60,024 nucleotides of DNA, filler included, from 4 parts of 4 records of this genome joined end to end with filler, not necessarily neighbours in it, one strand, 5' to 3'; positions 49,761 to 59,883 are shown, counted from the whole stretch's first letter. Program-made: numbers and translations. The notes: generated by a model not told the origin, from the sequence alone.

Positions 49761-50678
49761 ATGGCGGACAAGCAAAAGTTGAGGGCGACGCTGATCGGAC
49801 TTACAGCTGTGCTGATGTGGGCGACCCTCGGCTTGTTCGGTGCCGGTTCCGGCAATGTGCCTCCGTTCCTGTTGAACACCCTGTGTTTCGGCTTCTCCGG
49901 CATCATGGCGCTCATCTGGCTGATCGCGACCGGCAAGACCCGGTTGCTCAGGCAACCGCTTGGCGTCTGGGCTTTCGGCACGTTCGGCCTGTTCGGCTTT
50001 CATTTTTTCTATTTCACAGCCATCCGCAACGCGCCGCCTGTGGAAGCAAATCTGATCAACTACACATGGCCGCTCCTGATCGTGCTGTTTTCCGCCCTGT
50101 TGCCGGGGGAACGGCTGCGTCTGCATCATGTCATTGGAACGGTTCTGGGTCTGGCCGGTGCAGTGCTTCTGATCACCGGCGGGGAAGGTGTCGGTTTTTC
50201 CTCCGGCTCGATGCTCGGCTATGGGGCAGCGGTGGCCTCGTGTCTGTTCTGGTCCAGCTATTCCGTGCTTTCGCGCAGACTGGGTGCGGTGCCGACCGAA
50301 GCCGTTGCGGGGTTCTGTGTGATGACCGCAATCCTTTCGGGTGTCTGCCATCTGGCGCTGGAGGAAACGATCCTGCCTGCATCGTCGCTGGAATGGGCAT
50401 CGGTGCTGGCGCTTGCCGCTTTCCCGGTGGGACTTGCGTTTTTCACCTGGGACGTCGGCGTCAAGCATGGCGATATTCAGGTTCTGGGCGCAGCGGCCTA
50501 TTCGGCGCCGCTCCTGTCCACCCTGTTGCTGATTGCCTTCGGCTTCGGGGCGCTGACACCTGCCGTTGGCATCGCCTGTGTGGCGATTACGCTGGGGGCG
50601 GTGATTGCCGCAAAGGACATGATCTTCAAACGCCGGCAGAAAGCGCCGGTGAGCATGCAGGCAGACGAACTCCCGTGA
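49761..50678 (+). CDS. EamA/DMT transporter (YddG-like)
   Basis: About 10 TM segments, APPVEANLINYTWPL and WDVGVKHGD. Confidence 0.88.
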   Translation: MADKQKLRATLIGLTAVLMWATLGLFGAGSGNVPPFLLNTLCFGFSGIMALIWLIATGKTRLLRQPLGVWAFGTFGLFGFHFFYFTAIRNAPPVEANLINYTWPLLIVLFSALLPGERLRLHHVIGTVLGLAGAVLLITGGEGVGFSSGSMLGYGAAVASCLFWSSYSVLSRRLGAVPTEAVAGFCVMTAILSGVCHLALEETILPASSLEWASVLALAAFPVGLAFFTWDVGVKHGDIQVLGAAAYSAPLLSTLLLIAFGFGALTPAVGIACVAITLGAVIAAKDMIFKRRQKAPVSMQADELP

Positions 50679-50811
50679 TCGGCGGCGGCGCCTGCGTTTG
50701 GCGGTACCCCGGTGCACGAACGCGGCCGTTCCCCCTTCGGCGAATTCCCCTGGCCGCCGCGATCCACTAGGTTTATCGGAAATCCGTTTTCCCGACTTGC
50801 AGGATCGACCC

Positions 50812-51486
50812 ATGACAACACAGCCAAGACCCCGCCGTTCCGCTCTCTATATGCCCGGCTCCAACGCCCGGGCGCTGGAAAAGGCGGCAACGCTGGATGT
50901 GGACTGCCTGCTGCTGGACCTTGAAGACGCGGTCGCTCCCGATGCCAAGGACATGGCGCGCACGCAGATCGTCGAAGCCGTTTCGGCCCGTCCCTATGGC
51001 AATCGCGAGGTAGTGATCCGCATCAACGGGCTCGAGACGCCCTGGGGCGAAGACGATCTGGCGGCAGCGGTAAAGGCCAATCCGGATGCCATTCTGGTGC
51101 CCAAGGTCAACAGCCCGGCCGACCTGCAGATGGTTGCGCACAAGCTATCGCTTCTGGGGGCGTCCGCTGACCTGAAACTCTGGGCCATGATGGAAACGCC
51201 GCTCGCCATGCTGAATGCCGCCGCCATCGGCGCCTGCGGTCAGGATCCGGCTGTGCGGCTTTCCTGTTTCGTGATGGGCACCAATGATCTGGCCAAGGAA
51301 ACAAGGGCACGCCTTACGCCCGGCCGCGCCGCCATGACGCCCTGGCTGATGACCTGCGTTGCGGCAGCGCGCGCCGGCGGCATCGATATTCTGGACGGTG
51401 TCTATAATGCGTTTCAGGACGAGGAAGGTTTCGCCGCCGAATGTGCCCAGGGTGTCGACATGGGCATGGACGGCAAGACGCTGATC
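50812..51486 (+). CDS. HpcH/HpaI aldolase / CitE-like CoA lyase (3'-truncated)
   Basis: RRSALYMPG, DLEDAV, IRIN, MMET and GTNDL. Confidence 0.92.
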
Positions 51487-51586
51487 NNNNNNNNNNNNNN
51501 NNNNNNNNNNNNNNNNNNNNNNNNNNNNNNTTAATTAATTAANNNNNNNNNNNNNNNNNNNNNNNNNNNNNNNNNNNNNNNNNNNN
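51487..51586. other. Artificial contig linker
   Basis: N-TTAATTAATTAA-N. Confidence 0.98.
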
Positions 51587-51812
51587 TATCTTGCTCAGCA
51601 TGCTCACGATGGGGGCTTATCTGTTTCTGCTACCCGCGTCTTGGAAGCTTTGGTTCAACGAATACAACTTCTTGTTCTGGATGGAGTGGATCGCCGTTTG
51701 GGCGTTTGCAACCGCCTGGCTGACTAAGGGGCGAGTAATCGCTGCTGAGATCGCAGTTGAACTGCTTGCGATTCCCCGCGAAGCACTAGCAGAACGATTC
51801 ACCGAGGATTAG
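51587..51812 (+). CDS. C-terminus of a membrane protein (5'-truncated)
   Basis: Hydrophobic segments ending FWMEWIAVWAFATAWLTKG. Confidence 0.55.
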
Positions 51813-51982
51813 CAGAAGCGTGCCGGATCAAGCGAAGCAACGGTGGCCACAACGAGGAGCGGAGCGACGGCAATCTATCCGTTGAAGCTTCTGCTGCACA
51901 CAATTGATATCGACGACCAAGTACCGGAACTGAGTCAAGCTCAATCTGGCCTACCCGACGCCGATGCAAGACGTCGCACTTT

Positions 51983-52393
51983 TCATGCTGCGATGTCATG
52001 GCTGACCGAGTCCAAGACTAACTGGAAAGCGTCGTTTAGCGATAGTTCATTGACGACCATCAAGTCGAACACCTGCAGCAAGCACTGATCCACCAACAGT
52101 TGTTCACTCACGAAAGCAAATTCGAGTCCACTTCTTCGAACAAGCTCGGCCTCAAGTGCTGGACGTATATCGACCACACCGCACTCGAAACATGCATAGT
52201 TGAGCTCGCATTGCGCCTTTTTAATCCACCGCCATTTAATTGGCTGCTCGTCGAGCCAGCTCACGCGCAATTGACCGAGCGGATTATCACGGACACGTGG
52301 TGAGATCTTTTTCAGCTTACCGGTTCGGGGGTAAGCCCTATCAATTCGCTCAACTAAGGGAACTGACGAAGTGATCGGGGACACAACGCTCAT
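51983..52393 (-). CDS. Hypothetical protein
   Basis: 136-codon ORF with a GGAG RBS; no family recognised. Confidence 0.45.
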   Translation of the reverse strand: MSVVSPITSSVPLVERIDRAYPRTGKLKKISPRVRDNPLGQLRVSWLDEQPIKWRWIKKAQCELNYACFECGVVDIRPALEAELVRRSGLEFAFVSEQLLVDQCLLQVFDLMVVNELSLNDAFQLVLDSVSHDIAA

Positions 52394-52710
52394 AGCAATA
52401 CTCCAATCTGCGTTACTAATTGAATTGAAAAACACGGGCTGCTACGCAGAGCAAAATCTGTGCCGGCGGGGACATAAGCCCGCGGACGTCGCTGACACAG
52501 TCGCTTCCATCGGTTCCATCCATGTCCCTAGTGCCTTCAGCTAACATCTGCCGACTGGCGGCGTTGTTTGACTGCGGGACGCGACGGAGTCTCCACCTTC
52601 TCAACTATTCCGTGATTCTACGCCCTGATCGGCACGCCATGTGCTTTCTTGAGAGCCGTTGCAGCGTTGGGGTTATGCGACGTTAGCTATTTGGGGTCCA
52701 GCGCCAAGAA

Positions 52711-52944
52711 ATGAGATCATCGGAACAGGAGCAGTTTGTGGCAGGTCCAGAACACACAACAATTTTTGACGTCGGAGACAGGAAGCATATTTGCAAGGTT
52801 CTTTACCTCGTGCCCCTTGCGCAAGGGCAGGTCGTGGATTTACCGAACGAGCCGTCCTACATTGTCGAAGCGGTGCATCTAAGAATTGATTCCAAGGGCT
52901 GCTGCGAGCAAAGAGTATCACTCGGCCGTCGCGGGGCCTGCTGA
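52711..52944 (+). CDS. Small hypothetical protein
   Basis: 77-aa ORF upstream of the epimerase; no motif recognised. Confidence 0.3.
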   Translation: MRSSEQEQFVAGPEHTTIFDVGDRKHICKVLYLVPLAQGQVVDLPNEPSYIVEAVHLRIDSKGCCEQRVSLGRRGAC

Positions 52945-52995
52945 GGGTTCTGAGACGCGCAATTCTTCGCTGGTTCCGAGACAGAGTATCCCGTA

Positions 52996-53712
52996 ATGAT
53001 CTTAGTAACTGGAAGTACAGGTTTGCTCGGCAACACGATTGTGCGACAGTTGCTGAGCGAAGGCCGCGCAGTACGAGCGTTTGTTAGGCCGACGTCAGAA
53101 TTGACGCCGCTGGCCGGTTTGGGTGTAGAGATATTGAAAGGGAGCCTTACATCAGTCGCCGACGTGCGTCATGCAGTCCAGGGTTGCGAGGCCGTCATTC
53201 ACTGTGCCGCGATGATTCACCTTGGCCGCACCAAGTTGCACGAAGCTCGCGAGGCCAATGTGTCAACGACGAAGCTGCTAGCAAACGAGCGTTCTCGCAC
53301 CGGTGCGAGGATGGTGTTTGTCTCAACTGTGAATGCTCTGGATGCGGCGCACAGTCTTGAGATGCCGCTAAACGAGCGAGAAAACGGGGTGAAGATGACA
53401 CCTTGTACTTATGTCATTACGAAACGCGAAGCAGAAGCAGTTATCTGCAGCCTTGCTTCGTGTATGCAGCTTGATTTTATAATCGTTCGGCGGGGATTCA
53501 TGCTCGGGCCTCACGATTGGAAGCCGTCCAGCGGTCGAATGTTTCGCAGTGTTGTCAGGTCACCGATCGTCGCGGCTCCACTTGGCGCTTGCAGCGTATG
53601 TCACACTCGCGATGTTGCTGAGCACCGTACAGGTGCGATTCCAGACAAATTCGAAGACGTGACCGGTCAGAGAGGGGATGAACGTCCGAAAGGGAAGATC
53701 AGGTCGAAGTAG
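52996..53712 (+). pseudogene. NAD-dependent epimerase/dehydratase (dihydroflavonol reductase/HpnA-like), probably C-terminally truncated
   Basis: GSTGLLG, VIHCAA, YVITK and LGPHD present; resemblance ends after CHTRDVA at about aa 210, versus roughly 330 aa for the family. Confidence 0.6.
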
Positions 53713-54416
53713 TCCAGACAGCAAAGCGCACCATAGTTCCCGTTGCTGTTTGCTGACCCAAGATCGCGATGCGACAGTATGCAGGCAAGTGTCGAACTTC
53801 CTCCTCGCGAATTCAGCTAGAAGCAGCATTTTGCAAACCCGTCGGAGTCATCCTGCGGATGGTGATATCCTAGACGGTAGCCTGACAAAGAGTCGACAAA
53901 GAAAGTATCGCCAAAGACAAACATGCCGCAAAGCCTTGGCATCTCGAAAAGAGAAGTCGGTCGACGAGGAACCGTTCCGACATCGCAATCGGCCTGGCGT
54001 ACTTCCCGTATGGAAGTCCGGTGAGGCCAATCCATAGTTCACGCAGAGCACTCTAGGACCTGCGCGGAAGCGTCGATCTTGCGACCGCACCACAGGCATC
54101 TGCTCAGCGCTCCGAGCTCATCGGCTGGAGACGACTCGATCTGTCAAGCGCAGACGCAAATCTCGTATTGCCTCGGTCAGATTTCCGATCAAAGCGTCAG
54201 AACCAACAATTCCTAAGCACTCCTTAGAAAGCTCACGATAGCTCTCAACAACAACTCGCTGCAATTGCTCACCTCTGAGCAGTGGGCGATAAGAACGTGG
54301 TCATCAGATCTAAACACGGACACATCAAGATGACAGTGTTTTTGCGATTCGCTATTGTCCATCGGCACTGCTCAGTTTCTCTACCCTCGAGTATCCGAAA
54401 TGAGCCGTAGTCTAAC

Positions 54417-55106
54417 TTAAGGCACAATGCTGGGTCTTGGGCTTGCTGCTGTCCGGATAATATGCCTGTTCAAATATCCTTTATGGATGTCCTCGGCGGT
54501 TAGACCAAGCTTTGAATTTGGTGAAGAAGTCTGGCCCGGTGGGGCGACCACGAGCACTGCGTTTCTCTGCCATGCCGTTTGGAAACACTGAGCCGTCATG
54601 CGGGTGTTGCCACGAAATGGATCTGCAAGGTAGACGACCCCCAAATGGTCATCGCGATAAACCACAAAGTGGTTAATGCCTTCGAGTTTGACGACCAGGA
54701 TCAGGGGAACCTTACTTTTGGTCAGTTTAGCGTACGTCAGTTCGCCGACGGTCGCGTTATATCCCATTTTTTTCGCGGCATCTTCAACGTCAGCAATGGT
54801 CAGTCCATCGGCCTCCCTATCGGCCAATTGTTCCTCGCTGAGCATTGTCTCTACTACACTAAGAACATCAGCCTCAGATACATCATGGCGCCAGTGGTAA
54901 CGCAGAAGAGTTGCCAGAGCAGCGGCACCACATGAGTAGTCTCGCTGCTGCATCACGACATTGTTTTCCCTGAGCTCTTTCCAGCTCAAGACTGGTTTCG
55001 ACATCCTGAACGAAGTGTCACGTACGCGTCCTCCCCTCGGCAGTTCTTGGGAGTAACACAGACCAGCAAGTGATGTGGCAATGTAAATAGCTAAGAGTCG
55101 TTGCAT
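54417..55106 (-). CDS. Stand-alone exported C39 cysteine peptidase, FapD-like
   Basis: Signal peptide; PVLSWKELR, QQRDYSCGAAALATLL (Cys), NHFVV (His) and LADPFRGN (Asp); no ABC domain. Confidence 0.88.
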   Translation of the reverse strand: MQRLLAIYIATSLAGLCYSQELPRGGRVRDTSFRMSKPVLSWKELRENNVVMQQRDYSCGAAALATLLRYHWRHDVSEADVLSVVETMLSEEQLADREADGLTIADVEDAAKKMGYNATVGELTYAKLTKSKVPLILVVKLEGINHFVVYRDDHLGVVYLADPFRGNTRMTAQCFQTAWQRNAVLVVAPPGQTSSPNSKLGLTAEDIHKGYLNRHIIRTAASPRPSIVP

Positions 55107-55116
55107 CGTCTTCTCC

Positions 55117-56202
55117 TTACCGTGTCCAGACTATTCCAAGCTCGCTCGACGGTGCAGTTTCAGTCAGTCCAAAGGTTACAAATGGCTCTACAATTTTACA
55201 TCGTTCTGCGATCGTAGCCGCCAACCGGACGCGCAGTGGCTCTTGGTCACTGTTGGAAAGGTTTATCCCTTCAATTTCCGTTTCGGTGATGTACGCCCCA
55301 AGAAAAGCGGTACTCAGTGTTACATGCCGGTTCACCGCGAAACCAACTCCGAAGTTGTAGTTAAGCTGGTGTCCCAGCTGAATGCGTATGTCCTGGTAGT
55401 CATCTGGCACACTGTAGATGTAACCAAGTCCGTAGAAGAGAACGACTGGGTCGATCGAACGCACTCGGAGCACGTCGGTACCGAACCGCCAAGAACCGTT
55501 GCCAAGGCCAACACTGTTTATCACAAGCGGATTTACCGGGGTGCCAGTTGGAGCGATCGCACGCATCGTCACGATTGTTGACGTACCGGTGCAAGAGTCC
55601 TGGTCGACTAGCTTCGTAACGCCAAACGTCAGGTCTCCCACCCCAACATCAGACCGGCTCTCATCACCAAACGCAGTGGCGATTTCGGTATCTGCCCAAC
55701 CAAGTGGTAGCGACGCAAATAACTGCGTCTTTTCGTTCCAGCCATAGCGCCAGCTGAGAGGCGTGAAAAAAGATCGGCGGCGTGAGTCAGCTCGCACAAG
55801 ATTCCCGCCAACAACCGCTGGGAAGTCGTATTCCTGAAGCGAGTAAACTATGCCGTAGTCAAACTGGTGCTGGCCAGCGGTCAACAGTGGCGTAACAGAC
55901 CTCAAGAATTGAGGGCCCACCTCTTCCGGCGCCTCGCCGTAGTTCTCCGCGGGCTCCGACGCACCACGGACATCGATCGCACTTGGTCCGATGGTGTCAG
56001 CAATGGTGTTGGGGGCTCTAGGCTCAGCGGGCTTTTGGAGCAGTGGGGAGAAAAAATTAGGGCGAACGCTCTTCGTTTCATCGGGCAGTGCCTGCGCGAT
56101 TGCCTTACCTGCGGGCGTTGCTGCGAGAATGAAAAAAACACATACTTGAATATTAAGAATACTGCGATGCGTACGTAGTACGGTTGAAAACAGACCGTCC
56201 AT
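55117..56202 (-). CDS. Outer-membrane beta-barrel, FapF/COG4313-like
   Basis: Signal-like N-terminus, amphipathic strands, RYG, GVGDLTFG, APTG..P, GLGNGSW, SIDPVVLFYGLGY and GVGFAVN, as seen in FapF-type barrels. Confidence 0.75.
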   Translation of the reverse strand: MDGLFSTVLRTHRSILNIQVCVFFILAATPAGKAIAQALPDETKSVRPNFFSPLLQKPAEPRAPNTIADTIGPSAIDVRGASEPAENYGEAPEEVGPQFLRSVTPLLTAGQHQFDYGIVYSLQEYDFPAVVGGNLVRADSRRRSFFTPLSWRYGWNEKTQLFASLPLGWADTEIATAFGDESRSDVGVGDLTFGVTKLVDQDSCTGTSTIVTMRAIAPTGTPVNPLVINSVGLGNGSWRFGTDVLRVRSIDPVVLFYGLGYIYSVPDDYQDIRIQLGHQLNYNFGVGFAVNRHVTLSTAFLGAYITETEIEGINLSNSDQEPLRVRLAATIAERCKIVEPFVTFGLTETAPSSELGIVWTR

Positions 56203-56292
56203 GGTCGTTGTTCCTCTTGGGCGTGACTGGGTGAAGAAGGTCGCGCAGCGTTTGCGGCTACGCGACCAGTTCGTTCTTCGAATCCCAATAGC

Positions 56293-57288
56293 TTAGAACG
56301 CAAATCCTGTCATGACCGAGAAGCCGATTAAATGCGTTTCAAGCTCACCACCGACTGCGTTGGTAACACCTACAGAATTTCCGAAGGTACCAGACGCAGC
56401 TTGGGCGATCGCGCTCCCATCGTTCGTGTCCCAATACTGGAATTCAACTCCAGCTCGTGCAAATGCTCGGCCATTGAAGCTGTCTACGCATTTTGACCAT
56501 TGCAGACCAGCACCAGCTTCCCCGATGAACATCGTCTCATCCTGTTGATCGATTGCCCCGTTCACGCTGCCAGCTGTTCCGAACGGACCAGAGAAATTTG
56601 AAATTGCTATGGCGCTCGTTTCGGCAGAGCCGAAGACTGTCGAACCTCGGGTGTTCCAGTAAGCACTAAGGCCGCTGCATGGGCGTAGGCACTTCAAGCC
56701 AGAGAGGCTAAACGTTAGTCCCGTCCCGTGAAATTCTTCACTGTTGATCGTACTCAGATTAAAAACGTCGCCATTGATCGCTCCGTAGGCCGACGCTGTT
56801 CGGTCATGATCGATTGAAGCGTGACGCACACCGAAAGTCCCGAGCAGATCCCAATCGCCTTGACGAAACTGTTTGGTCAGTTCCAAATCAATTGCGTAAG
56901 CATTGAATGAGTCTATCCCACCTAGCTCCTGCAGCTGGTTTCCAACGATCGGCGCAGGAAAGCCCTGTTGTGCTGCCTGACTCGAAAGCTCCCAGTATCG
57001 AGCCTGAATTCCAAACCCGGACTGCCTTTGCCAACCGAATGAGATTCGGGGCGCTGCAGTAAGTAGTTCAGCCGTGTCGAAAGTTGAGCCCAGTGAGATA
57101 GGGGCTGCGGCGGCCCCGGCGAGTTGGAAGCTTGAAGGAGCAACGTCGTACAGCGGAGCTAAATAAGTTGCTTCAACCCCAGCGTAGAAAGTGGAACACT
57201 GAGGGCGGCTGGTTAGGCACTGGGCGGGCAGTGCGGATGTCGACGATAGAATCGTGGCGAGCGTTAACAGAAAGATCAGGCGTTTCAT
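56293..57288 (-). CDS. Planctomycete-type outer-membrane beta-barrel (BBP7/Lpg1974-like)
   Basis: Signal peptide MKRLIFLLTLATILSSTSALPA; FYAGVEATYL, PRISFGW, GIQARYW and GVEFQYW; C-terminal Phe. Confidence 0.7.
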   Translation of the reverse strand: MKRLIFLLTLATILSSTSALPAQCLTSRPQCSTFYAGVEATYLAPLYDVAPSSFQLAGAAAAPISLGSTFDTAELLTAAPRISFGWQRQSGFGIQARYWELSSQAAQQGFPAPIVGNQLQELGGIDSFNAYAIDLELTKQFRQGDWDLLGTFGVRHASIDHDRTASAYGAINGDVFNLSTINSEEFHGTGLTFSLSGLKCLRPCSGLSAYWNTRGSTVFGSAETSAIAISNFSGPFGTAGSVNGAIDQQDETMFIGEAGAGLQWSKCVDSFNGRAFARAGVEFQYWDTNDGSAIAQAASGTFGNSVGVTNAVGGELETHLIGFSVMTGFAF

Positions 57289-57466
57289 TTTCGTTCTCAA
57301 TCCTTGAGAGGCGTATTCGTCAGAATGGTATCCTTTCACACATCCTGAGGGGCCGCATCAAGGCGATCCCCGTGAGGCTTTTCGCCCCTCACAACAGAAG
57401 CAGTTCGGTAAACCGCAAAGAGGCAAGACATTCCGGTAAACCCGTACGATCGTCGCTACTACATTC

Positions 57467-57482
57467 GCTCCCCCCGTGCCAA
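57467..57482 (-). promoter_or_regulatory. Possible sigma-54 -24/-12 promoter for the barrel/peptidase genes
   Basis: Minus strand TTGGCACG-GGGG-GAGC has exact GG-N10-GC spacing; the -12 box deviates from TTGC. Confidence 0.35.
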
Positions 57483-57490
57483 AGCATTGA

Positions 57491-57522
57491 AAAAGGGTGC
57501 TCTGTTCACACAGAGCACCCTT
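57491..57522 (-). terminator. Intrinsic terminator after the small secreted-protein gene
   Basis: 13-bp perfect stem AAGGGTGCTCTGT/ACAGAGCACCCTT ending in a T-run on the minus strand. Confidence 0.8.
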
Positions 57523-57556
57523 CGAATTGACGGTTTAAACGCTTAGGGAAGCTTTC

Positions 57557-57928
57557 CTAGAATCCACCGGCGAATGAGAAACCAGTACCGTAAACGAACG
57601 GCCCAGGGCCATTGGCTCCAGCGAAAGAAAATCCTCCCGAAAACGTCGGGTTGTTCGCAAAGTAACCATTTACGCTGCCGGAATTGTTGAAGAAGCCGTT
57701 GAACCTGGCATAGGAAACACCGAACACAATCGCTCCCTGGCCACGTACCTCAACGCTGTCTTCGCGTTCCATGACCTTCATACCGCTGAGGCCCATCGCG
57801 CTTAGCGAACTTTGGCTTACAGATTCGCCTGATGCAGCAGTGCGGAATGGATCCGCTGCTTTTGCAGATCCAACACTGGCAACTGACAGGACTGCAATCG
57901 CACATAGAGTTGTAACGATTCTCGACAT
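57557..57928 (-). CDS. Small secreted Gly/Phe/Asn/Ser-rich pre-pro-protein (candidate fibre subunit or peptide)
   Basis: Sec signal ending SAKA, pro-segment ending MEREDSVEVRGQG, then a 58-aa low-charge core containing GFSFAG twice. Confidence 0.75.
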   Translation of the reverse strand: MSRIVTTLCAIAVLSVASVGSAKAADPFRTAASGESVSQSSLSAMGLSGMKVMEREDSVEVRGQGAIVFGVSYARFNGFFNNSGSVNGYFANNPTFSGGFSFAGANGPGPFVYGTGFSFAGGF

Positions 57929-58599
57929 AGTTGTTTTCCCTGTTGTGGAGAACTCGGACGTAATTGCGAGGGACGGGCGTCTCTCGCCTCTCGGAACCGA
58001 TTAAACCCACAAATTGGAAGTAGTCAAACTAATTCCACCTATTTTCTGTGGAAACTACCCACGTCCCCCAAACAACCACGCACCAGTGAGCTAGTCACGC
58101 CCCCCCAACTATTCGCAGCTTGAATACATGCCCTTGAGATAGCGTGCCGCCTGAACGCCGTGAGATCTTGGTTGGTAGCCGTTCCAGGGACTGAAAAGAG
58201 CTTTGTCCACTCGGAGATCGCTTTAGAGCATTGCAGCGCCTTCTTCAGAAGTTATTAGATTCGCTCCATTCGGGTTTCTATTGCAACCCGCCGAATACGA
58301 GGCAGGCACGCATTGCGCGGTCAAGGCTGTTGGCGAGATCCAAAAACTCGCAACAGGCTAGACACCACTGCAACGGAAAGATCTAGGCCTTTTTGCTACG
58401 GATTCAGACCTGCGTGAAAGACTGGTCGGACTGTAGCGCGCTAAGTCGAAGGCGCAATTCGGCAGCGATGCCGAATGGCAAGTAGATTTCGAGGAAAAAT
58501 CACTCTCGTACTTCGGGTAGCAAGTTAGTCCGCGCCGTTTTCTTGGCAGCACGATCGGCACCGGTGTTTACGGGGAGACAGCCAGCGGCCGTCAGCGTC

Positions 58600-59883
58600 T
58601 TATCCGATCTGTTTGATGACATCCCTAGCTCTTTCCGCATCGCGTTCGGCATATACCTGTGTGACGTCTGCGGCAGCGTGCCCAAGTATGACCTGTGCAG
58701 CTTCAAGACCGAAGTCGCGACGGATGATCGTAGCTGCAGTATGGCGTAACTGGTTGGGGGACCATCGATGCGTCGATTGCCATACCTTTACAGCTTTCAC
58801 GCCAGAATCACCAATTCTGGCGAACCATTCCTTTTGCGTCTCACCGACTCCTTGAGCGAGTGGACCTAGTGGTGGGAATGCACGGTCGCAGGCGCGGTGT
58901 ACGGCGCGTCGATAGCTGCTCGAGTTGTAGGAATCGCTTGGAGGCCGCTCACGGCTCTTGCCGCGGCTCTTGCCTCGCCGGTTTCCGCAGGACAGTGGCG
59001 TGACACGTTTTTCCTCCTTGGCATGCAGCCAGTCTCGAACGTTTTCCTGCGGAGAAAAACAGTGGGCATTCTCATCCCGCTGCAAATAGGGTGTCAGCAA
59101 TGCCTGAGCGTCTGGACCAAGAAAGATGATTCTGTCGCGACCGCGGTAGTCCGTCTTGTGCGTGGCTGGTCGGTATTCCCAAACATCGCAAGGACGATCG
59201 ACATCGACCGGTCGGAGCCTGCATACTTCACCGGGTCGCATCCCAGTCAAAAGCTGGAGCCTGACCATATCCTGAACTATGGGCAATAGATGCAACATAG
59301 TTTGCTGGACGATTTCCACGGAAATCGGCCGAACTGGATCGGGCTCAGATGCCTCACTGCGACCCTTGCGAAGTCCCGGGACAGTCCGTAGTGTTTCGAA
59401 AATGCTCGAAGGAATAAGCTCTTCTGCAGCTGCCCACCTGAAGATACGGACAAGTTTCCGAACGTTGTTGTTAATCGTCGTACGTTTCTGCCCTCGGTCT
59501 AGCCAGGTTTGCCGAACAGCCTTCAAAGCCTTAGGACCGAACCCAGCAGCTTCAACGTCACCATAAAGCTGCCGAACGTCGCGGATTATGACTCGGTACG
59601 CGGCATTTTCGGTAGTCGGTTGGCCATTCTTGACGTAATAGGCTTTGGCGTGCTTCCAGAATGCGGCTAGGACCTCGACAACGGTAATCCCAGCCTCTTG
59701 CTCAAGCACCGAGGCCCTTCTCCCTGACGACAGATACTCGGCAATTAGCCGGTCATAAAGCATTCGACTCGCCTTCGAGCCAAACTTACCAAGATAGTGA
59801 TCGCGACCGGCCAGCGTGACAATTGCTTGTCCGCTGGCTCGGTGACGGCGATACTTCGGAACGGCCTGCGTAAGTCGCGGCAT
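58600..59883 (-). CDS. Tyrosine integrase (Planctomycete type)
   Basis: PKYRRHRASGQA N-terminus; TGMRPGE, HKT, NQLRH, LGH and TQVY. Confidence 0.92.
   Translation of the reverse strand: MPRLTQAVPKYRRHRASGQAIVTLAGRDHYLGKFGSKASRMLYDRLIAEYLSSGRRASVLEQEAGITVVEVLAAFWKHAKAYYVKNGQPTTENAAYRVIIRDVRQLYGDVEAAGFGPKALKAVRQTWLDRGQKRTTINNNVRKLVRIFRWAAAEELIPSSIFETLRTVPGLRKGRSEASEPDPVRPISVEIVQQTMLHLLPIVQDMVRLQLLTGMRPGEVCRLRPVDVDRPCDVWEYRPATHKTDYRGRDRIIFLGPDAQALLTPYLQRDENAHCFSPQENVRDWLHAKEEKRVTPLSCGNRRGKSRGKSRERPPSDSYNSSSYRRAVHRACDRAFPPLGPLAQGVGETQKEWFARIGDSGVKAVKVWQSTHRWSPNQLRHTAATIIRRDFGLEAAQVILGHAAADVTQVYAERDAERARDVIKQIG

Noticed and set aside
20320-51586. Three TTAATTAATTAA motifs within N runs, and apparent gene neighbourhoods across them
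   Set aside because: Artificial linkers; the flanking contigs differ in composition and apparent taxonomy.
57340-57460. c-di-GMP riboswitch upstream of the barrel gene
   Set aside because: It lacks the GCAAAC...GAAA...GACGCAAAGC core in the correct orientation.
54417-57928. Classical double-glycine bacteriocin or RiPP cluster
   Set aside because: The peptidase is stand-alone with a signal peptide, the precursor has a Sec signal, and no ABC transporter, HlyD or modifying enzyme is present.
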